Shown here one piece after another: positions 14,001-26,699 of a stretch of DNA of 54,929 nucleotides. The DNA is from Welwitschia mirabilis (Eukaryota). Location: contig JBOZIK010000001.1 of NCBI GenBank assembly GCA_051453625.1, positions 23,000,647-23,055,575 of the forward strand, written 5' to 3'. The position numbers were made by a program, and so were the translations under genes. The stretch's first letter is position 1, and every line of letters starts with the position of its first letter. The notes beneath the pieces were generated by a model that was not told the DNA's origin, did not search any database, and saw only the letters and a program-made list of their open reading frames with translations.

Positions 14001-14041
14001 CCCCACCCCCCCCCACCACCCGCAGGATTCTTGATCTATCA
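11005..14041 (+). mobile_element. Second diverged SIRE-type copy: RNaseH end, 3' non-coding region and LTR
   Basis: 11005-~12020 is a diverged direct repeat of 9781-10905 (both start ATAAAT(G/T)CTAAAGGATTT(C/T)AGTGTTAATTTTGAACAAGTCCCTATTTTCTGTGATAA). It continues into LTR-like sequence with GTCGAC-core motifs (12096-12440), TATAAATA at 12641, a C-rich tract at 13996-14021 and a CA terminus at 14040-14041. Confidence 0.75.
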
Positions 14042-15349
14042 ATTAGTACCATGAAAGTAATTTTCAAAACTAAATCAAGCTATTTTTCGGTTGAAATAGA
14101 TAAAGTGTAGCAGTTACAATAATTTAACCGCTAAGAATCACAATTAAATCACTAAGAATTTTTAACAAGGGCAACATTATGACTACTACAAAATGTAAGG
14201 AATTATATCAAAAAAAATTTGCACTAAAATTAGACCACTAGAAATTAGAAAATAAATACATGCAATAATTAAACTAGCTTAAGGCTCTAGAACATTAATA
14301 ATTATTTAGAGTCTTGGACATTGAAACTTGGGACATGATAATTTACCATCTTCAAAACATTATTAATATCAAATTTTTTTCTTCTTTAACATAATTTTAA
14401 CAGCAGTAATTATAGTTACCATTGTTATTGCAATAGCAGTTCCTTCAGCAAAGTCAACATCGGGAACCTGAACAATCTGACTTACATCGATCATAGCAGC
14501 AACACTTTGAAAAATAGCATTTGGTAAAATATGATACTAATAAAAATGCTTATGGTTCTAATTTTATAGTTTTGATATGATTTTGGAGAAGACATATTTA
14601 ATTTTCTTTTGTTCATCTTCTCATATTCATTTCTTATGTGCATTAGAGGGTCATTGTCTCATTATCCTAGTTAAGATAAATCTTGTCCCAATCAAAGGAT
14701 TTAGAATTAAATAAGATATACAAAGTTAAATTCCATCTTTTTAACCTATTTTTTTTAAAATTGGAGACCTTAAGTAAAAGTGTATTTAACCAACATGCTC
14801 GAAATAAGAATAACTCTTTCTTAAAAACTTATAACTATACTTAATTACAACGATAACTTAGGTTATAATGAGATCACTTATTATTTATTTTTGGTTAAGA
14901 GCCATTAACCTAGGTCATTAAGTCTTAAGAACTCATAAATTAATGGTCAAGGTAAAAGGTTTATAGGTTTAGTGGAATTAATGGAAATGAAAGAGGTAAA
15001 TGGAGAGGCTAATGAAGGCAAAATATGGGATTTTTAAGTAAAGGATTTAAGGCAATACTTGTAAAGATGGTAGTTCTTGCAAGGTTTTAAGTGAGAAGGA
15101 TCATCAAGCATACATGTTTTTAAATATTCTTTTTTGCTAGAATGAATCTATGCTATAAGAAAAAATCTAATCTAAAAGATAAAAATTCTCTAAAGTGATA
15201 TGTGCATGAAGGCTCAAGAGTTTGTAAACAACTATCAGATGACTTGAACTTTATGAAGTATTTTAAAGTTGGAGAGAATCCATATAAATTTTTATGTATA
15301 AGTCTATGAAATTTAAAAGAACATTAGTGCAGGTAAAAAAGTTTATGCG

Positions 15350-18300
15350 CTTAAGGTCAGCAATAGTCCATTCCTTAGCTTACTTATCTTGAGTCAATAA
15401 TTATTGTAAGACCTCATTTTTAGAAGAAGATAAAAATGAATTGGAAATTACTTAAAAAGGTAAGTGTTCATCAAAAGAATTAATATCTTTAAAAGTTGGT
15501 TCTAGTTCTACAGGATTTTTATCTTCTTTATTAATATTTGAGTCTTGCTTAGTCAATAAAGATGAAGATGTAATGAGTGGTCCATTAAGTTATTAACAAG
15601 AAGGTGAGGATGTATCATGTAGAGACTCTTTGCTAATGTTTTCATCCTTATTAAGAATACTATGGGATTCCTTTTGATGTGATTGTTTAAATGATAAAGG
15701 TTTTAATTTCGTGTTTTCTTGTTGATGTTACTTAATGTCTCATCCATTTTTTTGTAATTCTCTTAGGTATATCCTTTTTCACATGGTTGTTTATGTTCTG
15801 AATCATCCTTTGATATGTTTAATCCTACTTTAAAATATAGATAACTTGAAAATAGCTAATCCTTTATTAATGTATTTCTAAATTCAAGATCCTCATGGAT
15901 TTCCTCATTGATTTCTTCCTTGTTCCTAATGGATGTAAATTTAGTATTATTGATTTCACTTTCAAGATTTTCAAGGCTCATAGATTTGTGGATTGAAGGA
16001 AGATCTTAATTTTGTTGGTTAAGGGTTTTTGTAATTTGAGCATTAGTTTGATCATTTTATTAGAGGATTTAGATTAATTTGGATACTTTGATCAAGATTA
16101 CTAAGGGAATAAGAGTATTTTTCAAAAATTCTTTCATGGTCTTTATTAAGTTGGTTTTAAGCATTCATGAAAGTTTCTACTCTCTCCTCAAATGGGATTA
16201 ATAAAGGTTATTATTACATAAATAAAGATAGATGATAAGGATAATGATCATGAGCTACAATGGAATTTGTGGAAGCAAAATATTATTGAAAATAAGGTGC
16301 TTCAAATTCAAGGTGAGAAGTCTAATTGGTATGTGGAGGATGTTAGTTAAATGCATGTGGTAAAGGTTAAGGGTTGTGATAGTTATGTTGGATGAAGTCT
16401 CTTAATGTTTTCTTGGGCTGAATGTAATCACCTAAAATTTTAGGTTGAATATAATTTAGCGTGTTGTAGGAATTATTAAAGTTTTTACATAGGCAGAGTA
16501 AGGTTCATAAGGTATTTCAAATGGATTATGCACCTAAATCATCTTAAATTTTTTAGAAAATAGATTACAAAATTTACTAAAAGATTTACATTTTCATTAG
16601 TTTTTCAAGATTTTAGATGGATGTGATATTCAAACAATTTTACTGAGTTGAGAAAAGGACTTTTATGAATGATGAAAGGTTTTTGTGTAAAATAATTGAT
16701 GATGCTAGTGAGGAAAGGTGGCAGCACCAATCAGGATGATAATTTTAGTTACAATAAAAATACAATGTTTTACAAATGTCTCATGAATCAAATAACATTA
16801 CAAGATCATAGAAAAATAAAACTAAAATGAAAAATGTAATCATTTATGACCTAATTCTTAATGAAATCATCAATTTTTTTTTTAGATTTTAATGTTTATT
16901 ATACATAGAATTTGAAGAATATAAAATCAAAAAAAATGAATTGAAAATGTAGTATGTAAAGAAAATAATGCAACATTAGTTAAATTTTTAGTTTCTAACT
17001 TTTCTCCTTAAGGCAACCTACAAACAAACTATTAGACCTACACAAAAATAAGTTAGAACAAAAATGGAAACAAATCTAAACTATATTAGTTCAAGTATCA
17101 CTAGAAATAAAAATGAACATACACAAGAAAAGGAAAATGAACCATTGCAGGTATCACTAGAAAGGACTAATATGCATCACTGGAAAAATAAGAACTGACT
17201 AAAAACTTACAAGAAAGAAAAAGTTGTGCTCTTTCTGAGTAGCTATTATGCCATTATCCTCGACAATGATACCAAAATCTGAGCATTATTTTATAATATC
17301 TCGATTTATCATTCTTTCATAAGAATAATTAGGATTAAATAAACAAAAATTGTACAAACTTAAGTAAAAGTTACAAAAAAGGAGAAAGAAAATAGAAAAG
17401 GGGAGTTTATAATTTTGTTGAAACTTCATTAAGAAAATGGAAAGCAAACAAGATCCAAGTCACTTGATTCATCCTCCTACAAGTTTTACTCAACAATATG
17501 CAGCACCATCCTAAAACAAAAACTCAAACCATCAAGTGCAAAGGCCTGGTTCGTGGTGACATAATCTCTTGTATCATTTGAGTGTTGGTGAACTCAATTG
17601 TCATTCATTCCTTACATCCTTTCTTACATCCTTTTTAGAGTAAAAATGGAAAGTATGAGCTTAACTATGCACAAGATCCATGAAAATACTAAGATTATGA
17701 ACTAATTAACAAAATGAATTCACTCGATTGACCAAATTAAACTTGATAGTTATGTTATTCTTTAAATATTCCTAGTATAAAATTGAATTTGAAACTAATA
17801 ATAAAAAGAAAATAACTCTAAATTATTGAATCAAGAAAATGTACATTACATCAAAGATGAAGAAATGTAATATAAAGGACTCCTTAAGCTTTTTGAAAAC
17901 AAGCTCACTTCACCAGAAGTACTCAGAAGGCCATTGCACCTTAACATTCTAAAGGTTCCATGCTTTCGCCAAATGAAGGATGAATATAATGAAGGACTTA
18001 AGGCCCTTATATAGGTGAGCATGAGTGTGGGGAATGGTTACAAGCTCTTAGCTTATAGCATTAGTAAAAAATTATGTAATTATAACATTAGATAGGACAC
18101 TCTATTATTTTTTCCATTTTGTAGAGATTTTTATGACGATGCCACCACTTGGCTTCCAGATGCTATAACTACTACCAATCACTATCATTGCTATATGTCT
18201 CCATCGTCATCCTACTCATCAATGCCAAATGTCACTCTACGAGACCTCATCATCACTGTTATGTTAATAAAAATGTAATTTATTTTTGATGTGAAATTTA

Positions 18301-18624
18301 ATCAAGCCCATAACTACATTTAATCCAATTTTCCATGATAATTCAAGAACATGAGATTTGCACTTTTTGGCATAGAAAAACCAGTAGCACCAAAGGTTTA
18401 GTTGACAACGCTGATGTTTAAGATTCAATGATCTTCATGTTTAAAAATGTTTTTTAATTGAGCATAAATAATCTAAAAATTTCATGGACACATGATAAGT
18501 TCATAATTATCTTGAAAATTAATAAAAGACATGATTTTATGATAAAATCGATTATAGTAATATCTTCCATTAATATTAAATGATTATTTAACTTGCTCAA
18601 AATGTCAATTTTTACATGTTAACA
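15350..18624 (-). mobile_element. Athila-like Ty3/gypsy fragment: LTR 18624-17280, PBS, decayed gag
   Basis: Minus-strand LTR start TGTTAACATGTAAAAATTGACATTT resembles the LTR start at 52772. TATA-like CCTATATAAGG near 18005-18015. PBS TGGTATCATTGTCGAGGA at 17274-17257. Decayed gag-like peptide 'QTNAQITKTLNQQN*DLPS...TSIRNKEE' at ~16050-15910. The left boundary is uncertain. Confidence 0.55.
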
Positions 18625-19558
18625 CCTACCCTATAATAACAAAAGAATATAAACATTGCACTTTACCTGACAATTTTCTAAAATTATTATCTAGAGGTAA
18701 AGATTACTTTCCTTTGATTGAATGATGAACTCATGTAAAATAAGGTTATTAAATTAGATGTAATTTTAGTAGAGTAGTCATAATAGGACACACATATTGA
18801 ATATCTAGAGGACATCCTTAATATAACCCTAAAGAGGCTTCTTATGGCTAAATAAGATCTCTACACTTTTTACCACAAGCATGGGATGTTGAAGGAACAA
18901 GAATCCATCCAATGTCTTATGATAGTATTAAACCATCACTATAGTAAATCTATAATAATGGATTGTCTACTCCTTAAGGATACTAAAGAAGAAATTATTT
19001 CTAACCCATTAGAGCCTTTGCTAGATAGCTTTTATTTGGATCCTATTGAGTGTTGTGAGGATTCTAATCATGAGGGATGTAAGATTCTCTTGAGAAATTC
19101 ATTGATGCATCTTGCATGATATGTTATTTTTACTAAAGTCTTTACTCTATTACATATTTCCTTAATGTTCTTAATGAAATTATGTTTTACCTCTTTTATG
19201 ATTAAAAGAAAATTTATAAAATATCATTTTTTTCTAGCACGAGTAGTGATGTTCTATGCTTTTAAAATTACTTTGGTAACTATATTAAATAAAGTATTTA
19301 AAATAATGGCATAGAATTATAAATAAGGACATGAAATGTGCATTTAACAAAATTAAACATTGGACATATTAGAAAACAATGAGAATAGAATAAATGACTT
19401 ATCTTTTATTAACAAACTCTATCTCGTCCTAATGTGCATGATCTTATTAGATGAACTGACTGGGCAATGTTACCTTTAAGTTCTAGTATGTGAGATCATC
19501 AAGGGACTAGGATCACTCATCAAGGACATAGACTTTCTTGTGCACATCTTATGAATGT

Positions 19559-19669
19559 CATTCATATTAACTAGATAGCCCTATTTAACATTAACCAAAT
19601 GATGCTAAAGAATTCATTCATATTAACTAGATAGCCTATTTAACATTAACTAAATGATGCTAAAGAATT
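19559..19669. repeat. Near-perfect ~56-bp tandem duplication
   Basis: CATTCATATTAACTAGATAGCC(C)TATTTAACATTAAC(C/T)AAATGATGCTAAAGAATT occurs twice. Confidence 0.9.
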
Positions 19670-21119
19670 TTCACTGATTTTATAAGGTTCACACTTGGAC
19701 GGTGGTTACAACTTTTCACTTTAATTAATGAGTCTTTTTGTTAATTTCTTAATAACATGTTTGACTCATTTAAAAGACGTGATATTTTTTCTTAATTAAA
19801 TTATTATTTCATTGTTACATAATAATTTTTAACATTAAAAAAGGACACATGGCCACATTATTAACATTTAAGTTTATGGCATGTGACACTAAGCATGAAA
19901 ATATGCTATGTTTCAAGGAATTTATGCATAACGAATATGTTATGTTTATACATTACATATGATAAATCATGTAAGAGGCTAATTTTAGATTATTTTTTCA
20001 TGATTAAAATTCTTAATGAAGCCTTATAAATAAAGGAGAGTAGTAGGCATAAGAGGTACTAAAGTAATCAAAGTGGCAGAATCCAGATGAGGCTTTTAGA
20101 GGCTACTATTAAATAGAGCATCTCAAAGCTTTGTCAGATGTGATTTCAATTTATAATTTTATATTTTCTATATCATCAAGATAAAGTAATTCTTTTATTA
20201 CCTCCAATACTTTACTTTCTTATGCATTTATTCTTTGCTTTCTATTCCTTATTGAATAGTTTATCTTAAAAGTGATATTTTGGCATTCATTGCATTAAAT
20301 CCATATCATCTCTCTGTTTTGATCTTATGTTAAACAAACCATAATGTAATGTTATTTTCTTTAAGTTGCAATTATAGTTATTGCTATTACATTGTCATTT
20401 TAATGGATGGATGGAGATTCTAATTGGAACATAACATAAAAAAGTCAGAATTTATTATTATAGTGGATATATATCATCACCTAGCTTCTTCTTATTACAA
20501 ATTGAGGGATCCATGATCATAATTTAATTGTTATAAATTTTTACTCCTTAAAGTTTAGTAAATTAAATATTTTGAGGCTAGGTGTAATGATCCCAAAATC
20601 TTATATTGGAAACACTCATATGCTATGTTAATTTAATTGCTTTAAATGCAAATAGTCATTTGTTATGTTAATTTAATTGTTATAATACTCCATTTGATGT
20701 TGTAATAAGCATTCAAAGGATGTAATCTTTTAATAACAATTTTTTTTAAGAGTTACAACATTTTACTATGATATATGAGGTAATTTAATAGTAAAAGACA
20801 TGCATGTAATTTACACAGGGCATACTAAATCCTTGACAAACTGGTCTGGCCCCCTAATGGTCTCATAGAATAAACCTTAGTACTTTTCTTGGCTAGTTAA
20901 CTTACCTAAGAGCTAACATTTGACATAAATGGAATCTCGAGCATCTTATCAAAATATCATATATCAAAGATAAATATCTTGTTCCTTTTGGAAACCTTAA
21001 TTTGTTTTTATCTAATGAAGATTCTATTTCTTTTCAATGTTTTTAATGTGGTAAAAATGATGATCATAATTACTATTAAAAATCTTTTCTAAATAAAGAG
21101 GAATCTGGACCATGATAAT

Positions 21120-21130
21120 TGGTATCAGAG
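21120..21130 (+). promoter_or_regulatory. Primer binding site (tRNA-iMet type)
   Basis: TGGTATCAGAG, 2 nt after the 5' LTR end. Confidence 0.85.
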
Positions 21131-21599
21131 TGAACTTATCTAGGCTATGGGACATGAAAAGCAACCAAAAGATAATGAACAAGCTATGGGGCATGAAACT
21201 GAAAAAGACAAACAAGACATAGAACATCACTACGGGCCATATTTCTAGGAACAAGAAGTCTAGGGTGAAGAATCAAGCAAGTTTGATTCCTACCTTTTTC
21301 ATCATCAGACAGTAAGCAATTTAAGGTAACTAGCTTTTTATACTAAGGATTTAACAAATTTATAATGCATTTCAAAGATTTTTCAAGGTTCTCTTTAGAG
21401 ATCTGATAATGATGATAAAAGGCACATAAGTCCTTCTTCATAATGATTAACCATTCAAGAAAATGATCTCGATCCTAGGAAGGGACTCTAGAGGAATCAT
21501 GATTTGAGAAGGAAAATTGACTTATTTAATGTTCAAGAGAATAAGGGAGATAAATTAAAAAGGGAAGAAGAATGAATCAAGTGGGACCACTATAACTCA

Positions 21600-22420
21600 G
21601 AAAGAAAAATCAAATTTATAAGGGGAGTCACACTACTGACTAGACAACCTGATTTCATTACAAAGTTAGGCAGTAAGCACCTAAGTAATCTTTAATGCAG
21701 AAAGTGGAATCAGATTTATAATGAAGTGTCAAATTACTAATTAGAAAATCTGATTTTATCATAAAGTTAGGTAGTGGACATCTAAATAGTCTTTGAGAAA
21801 AAAAGTGGAATCAAATTTATAAGGGATTATTACACTACTAACTAGATAGTCCAATTTCATTATAGAGTTAGAAAATGAACATCTAAGTAGTCTCTGAGGA
21901 AGAAAATAGAATCATATTTGTAAAGGAATTTTACACTATTGACTAGATAGTTTGATTTCATTACAAATTTAGGTAGTGGCTTCTTAAGTAGTTTTTAAAG
22001 CAAAAGGGGAAACCAGTCTCATAAGCAGGCATCACACTACTAACTAGACAACCAAATTTTATCACAAAGTCATACAGTGGGGACCTAAGTAGTTTTTAAG
22101 ATGGAAAAAATCTAATTTATAAGGGAACGCCACACTATTGAGTAGACGACCTAATTTCATTGTAGAATCAGGTAGTGGGTACCTAAGTAGTCTTTGAGGT
22201 AGAAAGTGAAATCCAATTTATAAGAGGACATTACACTAATGACCAGACATTCTAATTTTATTACAAAATTAGGTATTAACTGCCTCAGTAGTTTTCAAAG
22301 TAGAAGAAGGAACTAGTCTTATAAGGGAGTAGTACATTGCTGACTAGACAGCCTAATTTCATCACAGAGTTAGATAGTGGCCAGTTAAGTAGTTTCCAAA
22401 ATAAGAGGGGAAACCAATTT
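21600..22420. repeat. Tandem array A: 8 units of ~101 bp
   Basis: The TTTATAAG-like anchor recurs at ~21615, 21715, 21816, 21917, 22018, 22116, 22217, 22318 and 22418. Units share CACACTACTGACTAGA...ATTTCATTACA...TTAGGTAGTG...CTAAGTAGT. Confidence 0.92.
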
Positions 22421-22967
22421 GATAAGGAAGTGCTACACTACTAACATGACAATCCAAAAATGACGTCAGGATGGCATCGACAGTTAGGAAAGTCTAATAG
22501 TATACTTAAACCATAAGGGGATACCACACTACTAACATGGCAGCTCAATGATGATGTCATGAAGACATTGACAATCATGAAGATGTAACAGTGCACTTGA
22601 TCCATAAGGAGGTGTCACACTATTGACATCATATCCTAATGCTGATGTCATACTGATATCAATAGTTGAGGAGGCCTAACAACATATTTAAACCATAAGG
22701 AAGTGTCACACTATTGATATGATAGCCCAATGATGATGTCATGTTGACATTAGGAGTTGAGAAGGCCTAACAGTGTACTTAAACCATAGGAGGGTGTCAC
22801 ACTATGAACATGATAGTGTGATGATGATGTCATATTCACATCGGTAGTTAAGAAGGCCTAATAGTGTACTTGAACCATAAGGGGGTGTCACACTACTAAC
22901 ATGCTAGCTTGATGATGATGTCATGCTGACATCGATAGTCATAACAACCTCACAATAAATTAGACTC
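22421..22967. repeat. Tandem array B: 6 units of 91 bp
   Basis: The ATAAGG-like anchor recurs at 22422, 22513, 22604, 22695, 22786, 22877 and 22968 (91-bp period). Units share GTCACACTA...ACATG...ATGATGATGTCATG...GACATCG...GAAGGCCTAA...GTACTTAAACC. Confidence 0.92.
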
Positions 22968-23300
22968 ATAATCGGGCATCATACTATTCAACAGACACTT
23001 CAAAATCTATGACAATCAATTCAAAGTAGTCACAATAGCATAACACTCTATCAAATATTTAAGAGGACACCAAACATCTCAAAATTAATGACAGTCCATC
23101 CATAGTAGCCATAACAACATAACACTCTGTTAGACTCATAAGGGGACACCATACAATTTACTAAATATATCAAAATTAATAATATTTAATACATAATAAT
23201 CGTAACAACATAATGTTCTATCATATTTATAAGAGAACATTGCAATATTGACCAAGTGCCTCAAATTCGATGACAGACAATCCATAGTAATCATGATAGC
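22968..23300. repeat. Tandem array C: ~3.5 units of 79-91 bp
   Basis: Anchors at 22968, ~23059, 23138 and 23229. Units share CTCAAAATT...ATGACA...CATAGTA...ATAACAACATAACACTCT. Confidence 0.75.
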
Positions 23301-23974
23301 AAAAAATTGATACCATAATAGTTTTACATCATCTCATGGGATATTACTATTAAGATCAAGACTAAGATAAGTAGTTATAGATTTAAGAATATTAACCAAT
23401 TCAATAATTATCAAGATAAGCATGTACTATAAATGAAATAGTTAAGCAATTTTAAACTCTAACAAAGCTATGATAATAACTATATTTATGATGAATTATT
23501 TTGCCTATAAAAGGTATAATACAAATAACAATGAGGTCCAAATGGCTTCTTGACCACACATATATTGGTGAACCATGTAAGACTACACAAACAATTGCAT
23601 CAATGCTCTATAATAACAAATCAAAGAAGTAAAGCATCAATCATAGAACAATTATGTGAATGTTTAGAATTAACAAAATTTGGCTAATGATAAGTTATAT
23701 TTAATCCTTAGAGTCTCAACGCAAGACCATGGGAACAATCATTTTGAGAACTTCTTAGATATAACAATATCCACATATAAAATGAGAATATTTAATATTT
23801 AGAAAAGAGATATTCCCAATCGTATAAACAACTAATAGGAAAAGAAGTGCATAGGTAAATAGAACAATATCACGTTCATAACTCACCTCTAAAAAACATC
23901 ACCAAAGATCAAGACATGCAAAAATATGTAAAAAAGCATAAATTCACATGTATGTAAATGCTCCAAGGTTATGT

Positions 23975-24590
23975 GAAGAGGTACTAAAATAGTTACAATA
24001 CATTGAGAATTATTTTAGATTGAAAAATTATTTTATATTGAAAAATATAGATAAAAATTCAAAAAGTTGATGTGTCATCAAATTCCTCATAGGAGATGTT
24101 GCAGGTTGGTGAAATTAATTGAGTGCAATAAGGTTGATTGAGTTGACTAGATGGAATTCAGTGATGAATTCAAAAAGGATTTTATCCCTAATTTCTTTAT
24201 CAAAGATAGAAGAATGCACTTTAAATGCTTATTATTATGTATAAAAAGCCTTGATATACCTTAAGAATAATTTCAAAAGTTTGTCAAGTTCCATATTCAG
24301 AGGGACCTAAAAGAACTTGCCAATGACTTTATTAACACTCTACACCTTGACTGAGAAATTTAGTTTATCCCTTAGAACCTAAATCTCTGTAGGAAGCATA
24401 TAGGAATACTAAATACTATATGTAGATGAAACAAAGAACATTGATGGTAGCCTAAATGGCAATAGCGGTCACTCCACAGTCAAGACATTTAAACTCTTCA
24501 TTTCAATTAAAACCTTTTAATCAAAGTCACTAGGGACCAATTTGTCACTACTGTTTAAAGAAGGGTTGCATAATTAAGAACTATTCCAAT
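23975..24590 (+). pseudogene. Decayed retrotransposon gag (capsid motifs and zinc knuckle)
   Basis: EVLK*LQYIENYFRL (23978), CVIKFLIGDVAGW*N (~24071) and VD*MEFSDEFKKDFIP (~24142) match the gag pattern WL..IE..F / L.G.A..WW / W.EF...F...F.P, with TGG>TAG/TGA decay. CHYCLKKGCIIKNY at 24543 is a decayed CX2CX4HX4C. Confidence 0.7.
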
Positions 24591-26699
24591 ACAAAGAAAG
24601 ATCCAAATTCTAGTCAACTGAATGCAACACAAGAACTATCACAAGTAGTAAAAAAGTTATTCATTATAGTCTAAATAGAATAACATGCTAAAGATGAAGA
24701 ATTTGATGCTAAATAGATTTCGTAGTAAAGCAAGCTCATGAAAGAATAGTAGTTCAAGGATGAATAACAAATTAAGGGAAGAGTCTGTAACAATTCCAAA
24801 ACCTTGTATTTAAAATAGTCATCAGTTTTGTTAATTTAATTACTATGAAACTCCACTTAGTGTTGTAGTAATTGTTCAAAAGATGTAACATTTGAAGAAT
24901 AACTGCCTTTTAAAGAGTTACGATGTTTCATTATGATTAAATAAGAGAATTTGGTAGTGAAGGGCATGCATGTGATTTGCACAGAACACCAAGGACTAGA
25001 CCTTGAAGGTAGTATTTTTGCTATTTGGTCCACTTACCAAAGATCTTATATTTAACATAATGGAATCTTGAGCGTCTTATTAGAATATCATATAACAAAT
25101 ATTAGTATCTAATTCCTTTTGGTAAAATTATTTTATTTTTATTTAATAAATATTATATTTCTCTACAACACTTTCAATATGGTAAAAATGATGGTCATAA
25201 TTACTATTGAAAATCTTCTCTAAATAAATAGGAATTTGGACCATCACACTATGGGTAACATTTCTAGTATTGAATTTTAATTAGTTAAGATTTAATCATA
25301 ATTATTATTGAAATATTATTAAACAATATAGATACTCAATGTTTTATTATGGAAATCATGCCGAGCCACTTGATTTTTAAGTAAAAGCACAAACCCTAGC
25401 ATAATTAGTTCCATAACTAAAGTAAAGGTCAACTGTGAAACAATAAAATCAAATTAATAAAGAGTGGCAAAAGTCAATTAAATGCCAAAAAACTAGAAAA
25501 TCTTCTAGAAAGAACACATTGATAAATGTTAATGATTAAGCAATTTTGCTTTGATTGGATTTAATAAGCCTAAATGTATTAAACATGTGAAATTGAATGT
25601 ATCGCTCTAAACTTAAGGCTATACAAGTACAAGAAGTTATCAAGACATTGATTTCATATATTTCAATCACTTAGTTATGTTTATTTTTTTTTTCGAGGCA
25701 ATTCTAGCTAGATAGTATGCACAACATATTGTCTTGTGGCACTAGGGCCTATGAAAACTTATGATGACAGATACTAAGGTGCAATGTATCATTAGTTACC
25801 TTACCGCTGCAAGGATTTAAACCCAAGATCTTGGGTTTCATGTGTTCCTTAACCTCATCACCAAGGTAAGCTATTTTAGATAATGATGTTTATTTTATTA
25901 TCTTAATATAAACATTTATTATATTCTACCTTTTAAATCATGTTAAGGACATATATTGCTAAAACATTTTTTTAATATTATTTTATAGGTTACTTTTGAT
26001 AATAAGAAAATTCCCAAAAGATAAACCTATGAATGTTACATTTGATTGTAACATGAACCGTTAAGATTGTGTCATAGTCATCTAGATTATTGATGCAATG
26101 ATGCATTAGAATTAGGAGCTAAGCTTAAGATATATAATGATGTCGAATTTTGAGCTATATTATAAATAATCCAAGAATATATTTTATTAGAAAGAATATT
26201 TTTAATATAGCCCTACTAACATAAGATACACATCTGAAATGAAAATATTATTTTATATCATCAAATGTTACGTGGTGGTATTCTTATCCTCAATGGTATA
26301 TAAGTTCATGACCTTCTTATGGAGGAGACATCTTAATGTTATCCTATGATTAAATCATTCTATCCTATATCTATGCTTAAAACTCTTCATAACCACTTAA
26401 GCCCTTTTGATTAGGGGATAATCCTTTGTTTCATGAAGTTAAGGATGTATTAATTTTACACATTTGAGGCATTATTATAGCAATTAGTGATCTTCATTCA
26501 CAATAGAATATTAATCTTTAAGTGTGATTTCTATCCCTATGCCCTTTTTTTAATTAGTGGTGTCTATTTACATGGTTTTATGTTTTACTTCTTTTGTCAT
26601 TGATGAATTTCCTTTTTAATAAGATATCTTATAATTTTATGTTAACAGATCTTTATAATTAAAATAATTTGCAACCATCCTATAATTGTTAGAACTTTT

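Larger units (their letters stand above)
20583..25248 (+). mobile_element. Complete non-autonomous LTR retrotransposon (gag-only, TR-GAG/LARD-like; Tekay-related)
   Basis: 5' LTR 20583-21117 (TGTAATGATCCC...GGACCATGATA) and 3' LTR 24786-25248 (TGTAACAATTCC...GGACCATCACA) are alignable. PBS TGGTATCAGAG at 21120-21130; PPT AAGGGAAGAG at 24774-24783; TSD CTAGG (20578-20582) / CTATG (25249-25253). Only decayed gag is recognisable inside. Confidence 0.88.

Noticed and set aside
21600-23300. CRISPR-like appearance (constant core with variable intervening sequence)
   Set aside because: The intervening sequences are homologous to each other within each block rather than unique spacers, the core is degenerate, there are no cas genes, and the context is a eukaryotic retroelement.
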